This document shows, one piece after another, positions 40,006 through 54,180 of a DNA stretch of 64,000 nucleotides (positions are counted from its first letter, which is position 1; each line of letters begins with the position of its first letter). The notes under the pieces are model-generated. The model saw only the letters and a list, made by a program, of their open reading frames with translations, was not told where the DNA came from and made no database searches. Where the stretch lies: contig NC_042998.1 in NCBI RefSeq assembly GCF_006345805.1, forward strand, positions 177,196,001 through 177,260,000. The letters run 5' to 3'. This DNA is from Octopus sinensis. Its lineage: Eukaryota. The position numbers and the translations under genes are program-made.

Positions 40006-41435
40006 TTCTACAAATAAAACAAAGCCCACGACAATGCAAAATTTATATGAACCTGAATTCCCAAAAGACGATGCTGCACACGTCTCAGGAAAAGGAGGAG
40101 CATCTTGCAGTGCAGTAGATACTCGCCTCAAAGATAATGAAATATGATGAATATCATACTATCTTCCATTGTCACATGGCCTGAAATTTGAGGAGTGGGG
40201 TCAGTTCGATTATATCGACTCCAGTAATCGATAGATACTTTATTTTATCGATCACCAGAAGGACGAAGGGAAAAGTTGACCTAGGTTGGATTTGAACTAG
40301 AAGCGTAAGCTATTACCGTATGTCATTTTATCAGGCGCTCTAACAATCCTACCAAGGGTAGTAATGGTTTTGGAAATGAAATAAAGAATACTTACGGTCT
40401 GCACTAATAGACTGAATGAGACTTGTTTTGCTCATTTCCGACGATTCCCAATTCTGGAAATATATATAGAGAGAGACGTTCAGTATTATATGTCTAGGTA
40501 TATAATATAATCATTTGTCTGCGGGCATGCTAATATATGCAAGCGCACATGCATATGGTGCGTGTGTATGTGTGTGTGTGTGTGTGTGTTTATATGCACA
40601 TTGGTAAAGAACGGAAAAGAAGAAAGAACACTCAACCCATATGGACATAGGGATGAATGTATTTCGTATCTATTTTGGTTATCAGTCATTAGCTAATTAT
40701 TCAAAATATTTGAAATAATTTTATTTTTGACAGCAAAGGCATACCAACTCTGAAAGGGTTTTTAAGATGGTGTCTTTAAAAAATAATTCATTCATTTTGA
40801 CAGAACGGCAAAGATCACGACCGTAGCTATCCGGTTTCGTAGCTTGGCATGTTTTAATATATTCCAAGCTTCTTTTTATAGTTTTTAACGTTGTTATTTT
40901 ACAAAACCCATATGTATTTTGATAGATTAGAATGTAGATACTGATTAAATTATTTCTTAAGTTTATTTTCACTGAAACAAGTATAGGTTTTATAAACGAA
41001 TTATCAGCTATGAATATAGTTCGGCAATAAATTGATGATTTCAAAATACATGAGTTAAATAATGAACAATTTACAGTGCTTAAATACAGCCACACGAGTA
41101 GGAAGTATTAGATGGAGACGGTTGCTTAAGCTCTCTACTTCTGATGTTTTCTACTGCAAAATTTATGTACACATTTGAGGCTAAATCTAACATTATTTCT
41201 ATTAAGAAATTTATAATAATTTCTGATTCCATACTCAATGTATATCTCGGAAGTAAAATGTATTCATAATGCTATTAGTACACGACTTAAATTGAGACTG
41301 AATAAGGCGTTGAAACAAATGATTTTTATTGCTATAGTGTACAACAGAACATGTCTACAGATTTTTAGTCAATGCGGTATGTTATGACGTTTGTAAATAT
41401 TGTCTATATCCGCAATATGATCGTGGACAGAAAAT

Positions 41436-42016
41436 CCTTTCTGCTGGGAGCACAAGGTCTCACATTTGGGGGAAGGGATTAAGTCGATTACATCGACCCC
41501 AGTGCGTAACTGGTACTTGTTTAATTGACCCCGAAAGGATGAAAGGCAAAGTCGACCTCGGCGGAATTTGAACTCAGAACCTAAAGACAAACGAAATACC
41601 TATTTCTTTACTACCCTCAAGGGGCTAAACACAGAGAGGACAAACAAGGACAGACAAACGGATTAAGTCGATTACATCGAACCCAGTGCATAACTGGTAC
41701 TTAATTTATCGACCCCGAAAGGACGAAAGGCAAAGTCGACCTCGGCAGAATTTGAACTCAGAACGTAGCGGCAGACAAAATACCTATTTCTTTACTACCC
41801 ACAAGGGGCTAAACACAGAGAGGACAAACAAGGACAGACAAACGGATTAAGTCGATTACATCGAACCCAGTGCGTAACTGGTACTTAATTTATCGACCCC
41901 GAAAGGACGAAAGGCAAAGTCGACCTCGGCAGAATTTGAACTCAGAACGTAAAGACACGAAATACCGCTAAGCATTTCTCCCGGCATGCTAACGATTCTA
42001 CCAGCTCACCGCCCTT
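41436..42016 (-). mobile_element. SINE family B trimer bounded by one 13 bp TSD
   Basis: GTGGACAGAAAAT at 41423-41435 and 42017-42029. Units of ~190 bp joined at AAATACC|TATTTCTTTA. Confidence 0.92.
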
Positions 42017-42465
42017 GTGGACAGAAAATGGCAGAACAGTTGTTTAGCGTCTCAACAGCAGCAGAGCACCTTCCTCAACTACCCGCGAATACATTGCTAA
42101 AAAAAAAACACTGATATTAGGGGCTTAGGTAAACTGGATAAATGAATTTGCATATTTAACACTTCCTTGGCTGCTAGTTGAAATATTAAATTAACTTTTA
42201 AGTATTAAATTCAAATGTTAAATTAATTTTACGTTTTCTATTCTGATGTGACTAAAAACTGATAATATCTATATAAAACTTTTTGTTTCCTTTAAACCCG
42301 CTTAGTTTTACCGCTTCATTGTAATATGTTCTGAACGTGGCATTGAACCAAGTGGTTTTTGTGTTTCTTTTGGAGTTTTAATGATTATTACGTCTTCTAT
42401 TTCATTTGAATTGAAATATTACATTTCTAAATCTCTCAGAGAGATTTATACAATAGTAACACGAT

Positions 42466-42755
42466 AAGGTGATGGTATGTTGCCAACTTAATGTGGAAGT
42501 CCTATGAAAGGGAAGAAGGCTACTACTATTTAGCCCTAGGAAACACCGTTTCCAGTTGGTCACGACACATTTTTTATGTCTTTATGTTTTCTCAGGGGAG
42601 GTAATCTCCAAGTGCTTATCTCCCCTTTGAAAACATAAGGACACAGAAAATGTGTCGTGGTCAACTGGAAACGGTGTTTCCTATGGCTAAACAGCAGTAG
42701 CATTCTTCCCTTTCATGGAACTGCCACTTTAAGTTGGCAACATACCATCACTTTA
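42466..42755. mobile_element. Fully palindromic ~290 bp MITE-like element
   Basis: GTGATGGTATGTTGCCAACTTAA...GGGGAG / CTCCCC...TTAAGTTGGCAACATACCATCAC. Arms ~135 bp with a short loop. Confidence 0.8.
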
Positions 42756-43021
42756 TTTCATTTAACGCTTCGTTGTAACAAGGGCCTGCTTTGCTGACAG
42801 ACCTATCTGATGTTGTATTGAATAACCGTATACTAGCATTTTTCATTACTTTATCAAATATAGATGCGAGTGATTTCATGCTGAATTTACGTATTGCAAC
42901 TTTCCATTTCTTTTCTTAAAAAGTATTTATTTGTTGCCTGAAAACCTTATAAAACAACGTTCTAACTAATTCAGAAAGTATTATTCTTAACGTGTTCAGT
43001 GAACGGTTTGTATCATTTATC

Positions 43022-43420
43022 CTTTTTTACTTTTTTACTTGTTTCAGCCATTTGACTGCGGCCATGCTGGAACACTGCCTTTAGTCGAGCAAATCGACCC
43101 CATGACTTATTCTTTGGAAGCCTAGTACTTATTCTATCGGTCTTTTTTGCCGAACTGCTAAGTTATGGGGACGTAAACACACCACCTTCGGTTGTCAGTG
43201 ATGTTGGGGGGACAAACACAGACACGCAAACATATACGCACACATACATATATATACATATATACGGCAGGCTTCTTTCAGTTTCCGTCTACCAAATCCA
43301 CTCACAAGGCTTTGGTCGGCTCGAGGCTATAGCAGAAGACACTTGCCCAAGGTGCCACGCAGTAGGAATGAACCCGGAACCATGTGGCTGGTAAGCAAGA
43401 TACTTACCACACAGCCACTC
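43022..43420 (-). mobile_element. SINE family A
   Basis: Full reverse-complement copy. Confidence 0.9.
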
Positions 43421-43702
43421 TTATATATAAATACAAAATTGTTTCATTTGATATACTGATTACTTGAAGATTGGCAAAAATTATGTAATTTCGGCTTAAA
43501 AAAACTTACATACGCACATACGTAGAGAGGAGAGAAAGAGAGCTGAGAGAGAGGGGGTGTATGTATGTGCGTGTGTATGTGTGCGCGCGCGCGTGTATAT
43601 AGTAATATTTATTCAAAGCTTTCTGTAAATAATTGTTCCACGCTACTTAACAGTATTTAGTTTTTATTGCAATTCCCTTAAGCGTGAAACGGTAATCAAC
43701 AC

Positions 43703-43771
<69 letters not shown>

Positions 43772-43871
43772 ATTCTATCTCTCCATATATATATATATAT
43801 ATATATACAAAATTATATAGCGTGTACAACCATATTTAATATGTTGGTGTACACTCGTACACACACACACG

Positions 43872-43924
<53 letters not shown>

Positions 43925-43982
43925 GTTTTCGTTTCTGCACACGATCTCAGATCAAATTACTTGCTATGCGAGTACATCTCCC

Positions 43983-44016
<34 letters not shown>

Positions 44017-44063
44017 AAATTATATAGCGTGTACAACCATATTTGATATGTCGGTGTACACTC

Positions 44064-44129
<66 letters not shown>

Positions 44130-44136
44130 ATGAATG

Positions 44137-44243
<107 letters not shown>

Positions 44244-44330
44244 TTGATTGCTGTTTCACTCTGAAGTGAATTGCAATATAAACTAAATACTGCCAAGTGA
44301 AATGATTATTTAGAATCAACTTTGAATCCT

Positions 44331-44383
<53 letters not shown>

Positions 44384-44847
44384 TCTCTCTCTCTCTATTT
44401 TTTGCTTGGAAGACGAGGGAACTGAAACTTCAAAGTCATTGTCACCTAATTATGGTATGTATGTATGTATGTATGTAGGTAGGTAGGTAGGTAGGTAGGT
44501 AGGTAGGTAGGTAGGTAGGTAGGTAGGTAGGTAGGTCCATAGATAGATAAATAGTATGTCACTTATGTACTTCAAGGTTGTAAGATGTGGCTTTCGTTGA
44601 GACAGTCATTTTATAAGTACATATATAAATATCTGTTTGTTAACGAAGTTTGCCAGTCAGAAACACAGATTCTTATGGGATGTCGAATCGAAAGCCACTG
44701 TTTGAATATTACATGAAGCTATAATACATCTTTGCAATCATATAAATTATTCATGTATTCCTTATATAGAATGGTCCCTCATTTTAAATTTGTAAATTAT
44801 TTCGTTACTCTCGTATGCACGCTGACACAAGCACACGCGCACATCGT

Positions 44848-45097
44848 AGCACTCCGTTGGTTACGACGACGAGGGTTCTAGTTGATCCGTTCAATGGAAC
44901 AACCAGCTCGTGAAATGAACGTGTAAGTGGTTCAGCACTCCACATACACGTGTACCCTTAACGTAGTTCTCGGGGAGATTCAGCGTGACACAGTGTGGAG
45001 CTTTAGGTGTTTTCGTTCAATAAAGATTCACAAGGCCCAGTCTGGGAATCGAAACCGTGATCCCGCTGTCCTAACTACTGGGCCATCGGGCCTCCAC
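44848..45097 (-). mobile_element. SINE family C, internally deleted
   Basis: Matches 39689-39835 and the head region. Confidence 0.75.
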
Positions 45098-45584
45098 ACA
45101 CGCGCACATACACACTTAACGTAATGAAAGAATTGTTAAATATATTCAAATATATTTTATATAGAGCAGATATCTGATATAGGACCCAATACGTTGAGCG
45201 GGAGAGCGGCTAGATATCTTTAGTATATTAGAAGTTGACAGTCAACGTTGAGTATCGGTCTGAGCTGGGTTTTTCGCTATAGTCAGTCGTGGACAGTTGT
45301 AAGCAGTGAATCGAAGGATGAAATTCAGAGTTGACCGCCAACTTTTTATATAATAAACGTGTGTATGTGATAATGTGTGAATATGTGTGCGTGTGTGTGT
45401 ATGTGTGTGTGTGTATGCGTATATATATGCATGTGTGTTCTCGCAATAATTCTCATGCGTGTTTGTACGTGTACGAGATACAGCGGGCTGTTTGACGCAT
45501 TTGTATACATATGTCTATGAACCTGTGCTTCTTTCTGAACATATCTATGTGTGCTGTGAATGTGTGTGTGCGCGATCATGTATG

Positions 45585-45615
<31 letters not shown>

Positions 45616-46697
45616 TGTGTGTGTGTGTGTGTGTTTGGATGTGTGAGCGTGTTTGTGTTTGGATGCGTGAGCGGGTTTCAAAATATGCAAGAGTTTCAAG
45701 AAACGTATAATAAGACTTTGAATAATTATTTCTTGATATCAGAGTCCTAGCTTGGTGTTATGATGATAGAAATTTGCTGAATAAGGCCGCGTTGAGAGAT
45801 CTATCAATACAAGTTCAAAACTCCAAACGAATAAAACACTCGCTTATTAACACACTGCACCAGCTGCTTGCACGTATAAAGCTGCACTTATTCACAACTT
45901 ATTTACAGCTGAATGAATTAAACCAAAGCGAGTAACATATCTTTGTCTTAGGTAATAGCCGCATTGGAACAAACAGACGTTTGACCGGTCATCGAAAGCC
46001 GATTAATTCGTTTAGTTGCGACTCTACTGAATTAACTTGATCAAAGCTAACAAAATTGAATGGTGAAGTTATTATAAAGACATATTTACCTTTGACTTTG
46101 TATCGGAAGAAATAGTTTTTTCAATCACTGTCTTCTGAATAGAATTGTGTTTTGTTTTGGAATCTGATATTTTAAAAATATTAGAGAAAAGATAAATATC
46201 TTAATTGTGAAGAAGCGAAGTTGAGTAAAAATTATATCTATGTATAACTGCTTCACTTACGCCATTCCCCAACAATCTTACACATGACCTTCTAGAAATA
46301 GCAGCCACTGAAAAGCCTCGAGGCAAAGCAAAATCACATTTACGCACCTAAAATACCCATGGCCAGAAGGAATTACTGCACTCACCAATATCTAAAACTA
46401 AACTTACTACCATCTCTCTGACCACCATCAGAATCTACAGCTGTACAGAAACTGTGGTATTCAGTTAGGCATAAATGCCATTATACGGTAATACATATAT
46501 ATATATATATACATATATACATACAAACACACACACTCACACATATACATATATATACTAGCATGTGAAACTGTTAATCCCGACACATTTTTCTCTCTAT
46601 ATTTCTCTCTCTCTCTCTCGCTCGCTCTTTCTCTCTTTATTTCTCTTTATTTCTCTCTCTCTCTCCCCTGTCTCTTCATTTATTTTCCTCTCATCCC

Positions 46698-46732
46698 TTT
46701 CTGTCGAAGAGCATAGGCTCGAAACGTCAAAA
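46698..46732 (+). ncRNA. Minimal hammerhead-like motif (A6U variant) in a pyrimidine-rich repeat end
   Basis: uuu-CUGUCGA-a-GAGC(auag)GCUC-GAAA-cg-UC-aaa. The repeat ends in (TA)n at 46838. Confidence 0.45.
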
Positions 46733-46835
46733 TTTTTCCATTTTTTTCGAGCGTCAAACCAATACAAATACTTATTGTTCCCTCGTTCCTTCGCTTGTCT
46801 GCCGCTCTCTGCCTTTTGTTTACTGTGCGTTTGAA

Positions 46836-46889
<54 letters not shown>

Positions 46890-47112
46890 CGAGAAATTGA
46901 GGTTATGAGAGGTAATAGTGTCAAGAAGACCCAAAGGTGTCAGGTAATGCCGAGTAAGTTCTATTGAAGACTATAGTTAAGCTCTAGGTTCGGTGATTAT
47001 GCGAATGAGGAGTCCAACGTATGTCATATATCAGCATGTGTATATATATAAAAATTAACAGAATGAGATAAAAATCCAAGGCTATGAAAGCTTTCAGAAC
47101 ATTTATAAATAG

Positions 47113-47160
47113 GTCTTACAGCTGTTTCCGGGATATTTTATATATCCCTTCATCGGTGAC
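47113..47160 (-). ncRNA. Minimal type I hammerhead (U4C)
   Basis: guca-CCGAUGA-a-GGGAUAU(auaaa)AUAUCCC-g-GAAA-CAGCUG-UA-agac. Palindromic stem III. Confidence 0.6.
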
Positions 47161-47846
47161 GGTGTGAGAAAATAGTTAAGCAATATTTATTCTTGATAAG
47201 ATATGAAATAGAGAGTGAAGTAGAGGAATGAAAATAGACGTGAGATATCCAGGGATATTGTATCTTCAATTCCATTATTTAGGCAGAATGGTACACATAA
47301 GATTCCTGTACCCTGTGATTAAGTTTCAATAGTATTCAAAATTGGTCATTCCAAGCACGGAATTTGTAAACGGTATTATTGAATCGAAGGTCTTTTTTAA
47401 GTGACTTAAAAGTTGGGAGTGTGTTTGTAAAGTCACATCAAAAACAGGAAGATAGGGGAAAAAAGGATAAAAGAAAAAGTAAAGGTGGGGAGAGTGATAA
47501 TGGAGAAAGGAAGAGATGGAAAGTGTACTGGTTAGTGGTCAGTCAGGATAAATTGATAGAAGGAATGAGGAGGTGAGAGTGATAGAGAGAGAAAGATATG
47601 AGTGTGTAAAGAGATGAGAGTGTAAAGAGTAAAGGAGTGTCAGGTAGAAGGAGTGGGGGATGAGGGTGATAGAGATAGAAAGATATGAGAGTGTAAAAAG
47701 ATGAGAGGGTAAATAGTAAAGGAGTGTCAGGTATGTAGTGATAGAGCCTAAGTGAGGGGCTCTATATATATTAGACAAAATTAGATAACAAGGCTAAGGC
47801 TGTGAGGGGTTTTCAGGACATTTACAAGGGAAAAGATATACATATA

Positions 47847-47894
47847 GCCTTACAGCTGTTTCGGGGATATTATGGATTTCTCTTCATCAGAGAC
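47847..47894 (-). ncRNA. Minimal type I hammerhead, canonical core
   Basis: GUCU-CUGAUGA-[decayed stem II]-GAAA-CAGCUG-UA-AGGC. GUA cleavage triplet; stem I is 4 bp. Confidence 0.62.
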
Positions 47895-49090
47895 GATGTG
47901 AGATGGTTAAACAGATGTAGATATTTGAGTTCGAAATAAGGAATTATTATGGAAAAGGAGGAGATAGGGAATATAGAGGGAAATAAGACAATGAAAGTAG
48001 AGAGAAAAATATAAAATATATAAAGATATTGTAGTTGCAGTTCCATTATTCGAGGAAATTGATGTATAGAAGTGGTAAATAAGTTTCCTGTGCATGGTGT
48101 GTAAGTGCCTATAGTAGTTCCGGTTCAGTCATTTCAAAGTATGGAGTCGTGGATTCTGTGTTGCTTATTCGAAAGGGTCTTGTGGTGTAAATGAAAATTT
48201 TAGACTGTATTGGTAGTATTTGTGGATAGCTGGGAGGGGGCGGAGATGTGTATGTTTAGAATGAGGAGATAGCTCAAAATGAAAACAGGAAGAGAAAATG
48301 AGAGGAAGAAAGAGAGAAAAAGTGAAAAGAGTGAAAAGAAAAGTGAGGAAAGGATGAAAAGTGTGAAAAGGAGTGTTAGATGGTGGTCAAGATAATGTGA
48401 GGGGAAGGAAGGGAGAGGAGTGGGGGAGGGATAGGAAGAGATGAGAAGGTAAGGAGTGATATGTGTGAGTAGGAGTGATATGGTAGAGCTGCATTAAGGG
48501 AAGGGTAGAGAAAAGTTATGGATGGGGTGTTACGAAAGTGAGTAGTAATTTTAGCGGTAAATTTTAAAGTGGAAGGAAGAATACGAGAATGTCAAATTTC
48601 TATAAATAGACGTATGTGATTGTATAGGTTAGTGTGAAAGGTAGAAATCAGAGAGAGGAAAAGACGGCATAATGACATACGTACACGATCTGTCCATAGC
48701 ACTTACTTAGCGTTATCTGCCACTCTTTGGGTCTTCTATATACTAATACCTCTCATTTATATATATGAAAATATAAAATGGGACAAGAACGCAAAACATT
48801 CAAATAGACGATACAAAAAACACGGACGGGTCATTCGAAGCCTCTAATCTTCAGTCAAGAACCGGATCATCCTCGCAATTTCGGCTGATTAATCTTGAGA
48901 TTGCTCCGATCTGGCCAGCCTCAAGGAAAAACTAAGCTACGAGCATTAGATTTCTTGGGAAAAGGATCGAATGTATACGAAACAGGGACAGAAAAACGGA
49001 CGATGTTACACGAATATAAATACAAAAAACAAAAATAATATGAATATAAATACAAAAAACAAAAATAATATGAATATAAATACAAAAAAC

Positions 49091-49166
<76 letters not shown>

Positions 49167-49169
<3 letters not shown>

Positions 49170-49705
49170 GCCCTGATGCAGTACCAGTCAGTGGCCCTCA
49201 TGGCTTCTGATCTTAACTGATTGGAAGTGTTATCATGTACATTATTTTGTCTTGGTATAAAAGATGGGCTACGGCAAATATTCTGCTCAATACCACAGTT
49301 TTGCTTGTCAGTTGTTTGACCTTAACCAGTTGAGCATGTCCCTTAGTGGCTGACGATATGTGCATCTCTGATCACGAGCAGAAGTAGTGGGGGAGCATCA
49401 TAGCCATGTGTTGAGAGGGATTATTTGGGGTTTAAATAATTCACCTCTGGAAGCATCTTTAAACAAACCTCATTCAAGGACCATTTGAGTGGGATGGGTT
49501 ACTCGACCAGAAGAAAATACTAACTGGGCCCCACCTGCAAGGTCATGTGCTGTTTATCTTCATATGAGATCACCATATCGCGCACATATGGTTGTAATGC
49601 ATGTGCCTGGTGTACCCTTATCAGACGGGTAGTCATGATGGGTATACTGGGCTTCGTATATTTTACCCCAGTGTCACTTTGATGGCATGCACTGCTCTCT
49701 CACTC

Positions 49706-49708
<3 letters not shown>
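49167..49708 (-). repeat. ~555 bp (ATT)n-embedded element, copy 5
   Basis: (AAT)n on both sides. Small internal deletion near 49452. Confidence 0.9.
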
Positions 49709-49769
<61 letters not shown>

Positions 49770-49837
49770 GTAATAATAATAATAATAATAATAAAATAAT
49801 AATAATAATAATAATAATAATGATAAAAATAATAATA

Positions 49838-49878
<41 letters not shown>

Positions 49879-50599
49879 TAATAATAATAATAATAATATA
49901 ATAATAATAATAATAACAGAACATAACAGCAGGCGTCATTCGACTTAGACGAATTGAACTCGGAACAATTGATCTGTATGTAGCTTCGAGTCATTCACTT
50001 AGCAACCAACGAGGTGCAGATTTGCTTCATCAGAACTGACCCTAGTGATAAACAACAACAAAAGACCATTCCTTATACCACCACTCCATTCTGTTACGTA
50101 TCATCCACCCTAGCATTATATAACCATACCAATCCGTCACAACATTCAAGTACACCACTCCATCAAATCTCTCCACTGCTCTACACCACTCTACTAATCT
50201 ACTCATCATTCCTCGACACTGTTCCTCTCTGTATTACTCCTCTATACTTTTCTGTTATACTCCTCTACATTATTCCACTCCTATCTTCTACCGTACATTT
50301 CTACTACTATTCCACCAGACCACATAACCACGCGACCAATCGGAGTCATATTAAGCAGTGAACACATCAAACCACATCAGCCATAGTGTATTACTGTCTG
50401 GAGAATATTATTACGTTAAATACACCATTCCTTTACTGAACACAATGCGATTGTATTAAACGCACCAACGTTTTACTCAATTTTAAATACAAACTGCTTC
50501 GAACGAATAAACTGACAAAAGGAAACCAATATAGTGTAGTATCCAAAACAGCAATAGAAACCATTCTTGTTCTCATTTACATAAATTGTAAACAGATGT

Positions 50600-51330
50600 T
50601 TTCAGTTTATGTTAATAACCTTGAACTGGTAGAATGAGAACATCCAAAATATTTGCTACACACTTTAGTGCTGCTGTCTCGTGGACAAAAGGAAGTACCA
50701 GATACATTAAACATGGTTGTATTCTATTTGTGTAGACTAAAAATTCTTCCTGGCTTTGAGAAAGACTTCTGCTTATCTGTCAGTTTTCATTTACATTAAA
50801 ACCTTTTGACATTATCCAAAGAAAAAGCGTCTGAATGAATAGAACGAGGCTTTTATCTACGTGCTTTATCATCTGTAAATAAAGGTTAATCCACACTATC
50901 GTGTGAGTTCTAAAGAGATTGGTTCTTATTATGCTGAGAAAGTGAACCATTTCACTTTCACTGATAAAAATTTATCAGTAAATTTTCCTGGTAATATTAT
51001 TCTTCCTTTTGAAGGATTTGATAAAAATCAGATAAACTAAAATAAAACCTAGTATGAAAATATTTATTTTCCATGATTGGAAATCACAGTTATTACGTAA
51101 ATGATAGATCAGAAAGAACTGCAAATGTTCCAGCTGTCAGTGGAGAACATCCCCAGTAGACAAACTCTAATCAGTGGATACTACCAACATTGAAGACTGG
51201 TTATAAAATAACAAGTTGAGAGATTAGGATTTTTTTGTGCATACATAATTACAGAAAGCTATTGAGCAATCGTGCGAGGAAGCATTAAAAACAATTTTAG
51301 CCTAACAACAATGTATAGAAACTCATACAT
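50600..51330 (+). pseudogene. Decayed hAT (Charlie/Buster-like) transposase fragment
   Basis: Fragments resembling LLHT..LSRG, AYLS and YFP in the expected order. Heavily disrupted. Confidence 0.4.
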
Positions 51331-51552
51331 AAGTCAGGGAATAAAATACAAGGTTATACAATAAATGTATTTCTATGTTGTGTGTTTATTCGATGTAACT
51401 GTAAGAATACACGAACATATACACACGGACTTATAATACAATATGTATATTATTATAAATATAATGTATTATATAACATATGGATATAAACCATTGTATG
51501 TATATGTAGATATATACAATGTGTGTGTGTGCGTACGTGTATATGTGTGTGT

Positions 51553-51642
<90 letters not shown>

Positions 51643-51649
51643 GTGGATG

Positions 51650-51742
<93 letters not shown>

Positions 51743-51744
<2 letters not shown>

Positions 51745-51830
51745 TGTTTCTTTATTAGCCACACAGGGCTGCACACAGATAGAACAATTACAAGGTAGAG
51801 CTTTTCTTTTGAAGGTTTAAAAAAATAAAA
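51743..51830 (-). mobile_element. Short retroelement 3' tail inside a (GATA)n array
   Basis: Minus ...GCAGCCCTGTGTGGCTAATAAAGAAAC(ATATCTATC)n with (GATA)n on both sides. Confidence 0.6.
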
Positions 51831-51855
51831 ATAGATAGATAGATAGATAGATGGA

Positions 51856-51936
<81 letters not shown>

Positions 51937-52033
51937 TTTATAGATAGATGATGATGGATAGATAGATAGATAGATAGATAGATATAGATAGATAGATAGA
52001 TATATAGATAGATGATAGATAGATAGATAGATG

Positions 52034-52104
<71 letters not shown>

Positions 52105-53418
52105 CAAACACAGTGATTTATTGGACTCTCTTGTCAAGATTAAATCTCCTACGCTTACAAAATTTTACTAACTTCAATATTAAAGAAGAAACAGATAAAC
52201 TCCGGTTACCACGATGCAAAATAGGCGAACTACTTTGGCTTAAACGCTTCATCTTGGATTTCTTTCTTTTGTTTATTTCTATTACTGTAGGTTCGGGATT
52301 CTATCAAAGAAATATATGAGCACAAGACAAGTTAAATATTAAACGTAAAACCAAAATTAATGAGCATCAAACAGTATGTTTTTATTATCAATTTATAATA
52401 ATTGCCGTTGTTGTTGTTGCTGCTGTCGCTGTTCTTTAATGTTCTGTTATATGAAGAAAAATTACTATTTTCAAAGTTTTCTGCGAAGGAAAGGAATTAT
52501 GCTCAGAAATAAAGTCTTATCTGGATGCTTTCAACTGAGTAGATCTGCTATAAGCAACCAACGGCCATGTGGAGGTATTAAACCAAAAGACAGATTAAAT
52601 CTACTACCCAAGAAGAGGGTTCACACGGTATCTGCTCAGTAAATTTAACTCAAAGGGCTTTGATTTACCTAAAACTGTGACAAAAGATACCTGCCTAAAA
52701 TGCCGTGCTGTGTGGTTGAACTCGTGACCGCATAGTTGCAAGTATGCCTCGATTCAGCACTAAGGTCACAGCTCAAATTTAATTGAGCAGTCCTATGATC
52801 AAAGATTTTCCATCCGTGACCATACCGTCAATGTTAAATCATTAACCAATATATCCTACTTTGAAGACAATGAGGTATGATTAAAAGGAGGTGCAGTTAT
52901 TATTTCTAGCAGGTCGAGCAATCACATAGAAGCTCCCTCGTTTGTTCGTTAGCATTGTAGTTGGCGCCGTGGATCAATGTTAAGTTTGCGCCAAAAGATT
53001 AAAGCGATTTACTTCTGTTTTTTAATGTGCTGAGGGATGACTTGAATCTGTTTGTATACCGACTTCTTTCATTAGTAGGAGGCCACATATTTTGTGAGAG
53101 GCAGAACAGTGACAATTAAGATTTATTCCATAATATGACGGAAGAAAGACAAGCCAACTCTAACAAATTTTAAATCAGTAAATAACAACCTGAAGATAAA
53201 TAACTTAATCTGTTTACTATTGATTAAGGTAGCCAGTTAGCCGAGTTATAAGAGTGCTGGATAAAATGTCTAACGGTGTCCCTCTCGGTTCTCTGCACTT
53301 TGACCTCAAACGCCTCCGAGGTTAACTTTGTTTTCATCTTTTCGGGTCGATCAATCCAGCATTGAAGCCGATTCTTTTCTTTGTCTGTACATTTCTCGTT
53401 CTCTCTCTCTCCCTCTCT

Positions 53419-53516
<98 letters not shown>

Positions 53517-53921
53517 CATGTACCTGCAATTCAAGATCCAGTCTTGTCGCATACTATGTCACTTTGATTCTGCCTGAGAATTACATTGAGTTAAGAGTAC
53601 ACATGTCTATAGAATGTCCAGCCACACATTTAATATTCGCAAGAATTCAGCTGATCGAACAAGTGATTAATTCTCTTCGCCGAAGCTCATGGGGAACCAA
53701 CAGCTACTGATTTATTACATTAACATAAGATCACAAGAAAAATGGGATGGAATCGATATAATCAAACCAAGTACAAGACTGATATTTTATTTATCGACTT
53801 CCGAATGATGAATGGCTGGAATTTAAATACTGGACATGCAAAGGACATGCGAACACTGCACATGCAAGGTATTTAGTAAAGCAGAAGAATCTGAGGAAAT
53901 GATGATGATCCACGTTGGCAA

Positions 53922-54125
53922 ATAATAATAATCCTTTCTGCTGGAGGCACAATGCCTCAAATTTGTGGGGAAGGGACTTGTCGATTACATCCACCCCGGT
54001 GTTTCATTGGTGCTTAATTAATCGACTCCGAAAGGATGAAAGGCTAAGTCAACCTCGGTGGAATTTGAATTCAGAACGTAAAGAAAGACGAAATGCCTTA
54101 AGCATTTTGCCCGCTCGCCGCCTTA
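53922..54125 (-). mobile_element. SINE family B with ATT-ending tail
   Basis: Family B core. Tail GCAGAAAGGATTATTATT on minus. GCAAATAATAAT duplicated at both ends. Confidence 0.8.
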
Positions 54126-54131
54126 TTAGCA

Positions 54132-54180
<49 letters not shown>

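Larger units (their letters stand above)
47050..48720 (-). mobile_element. Two tandem related Penelope/retrozyme-like units, each with a minimal hammerhead
   Basis: Homologous blocks 47075-47170 / 47795-47902 and 47260-47392 / 48030-48180. Hammerheads at 47113-47160 and 47847-47894. Confidence 0.65.

Noticed and set aside
48820-48860. CTGAAGA...GAA on minus in a repeat end
   Set aside because: No stem II, stem III or stem I pairing.
49965-50042. CTGATGA plus HDV-like pieces on minus (AUCUG/CAGAU, CCUCGU)
   Set aside because: No GAAA after the putative stem II, and HDV P1/P3/P1.1 cannot be completed.
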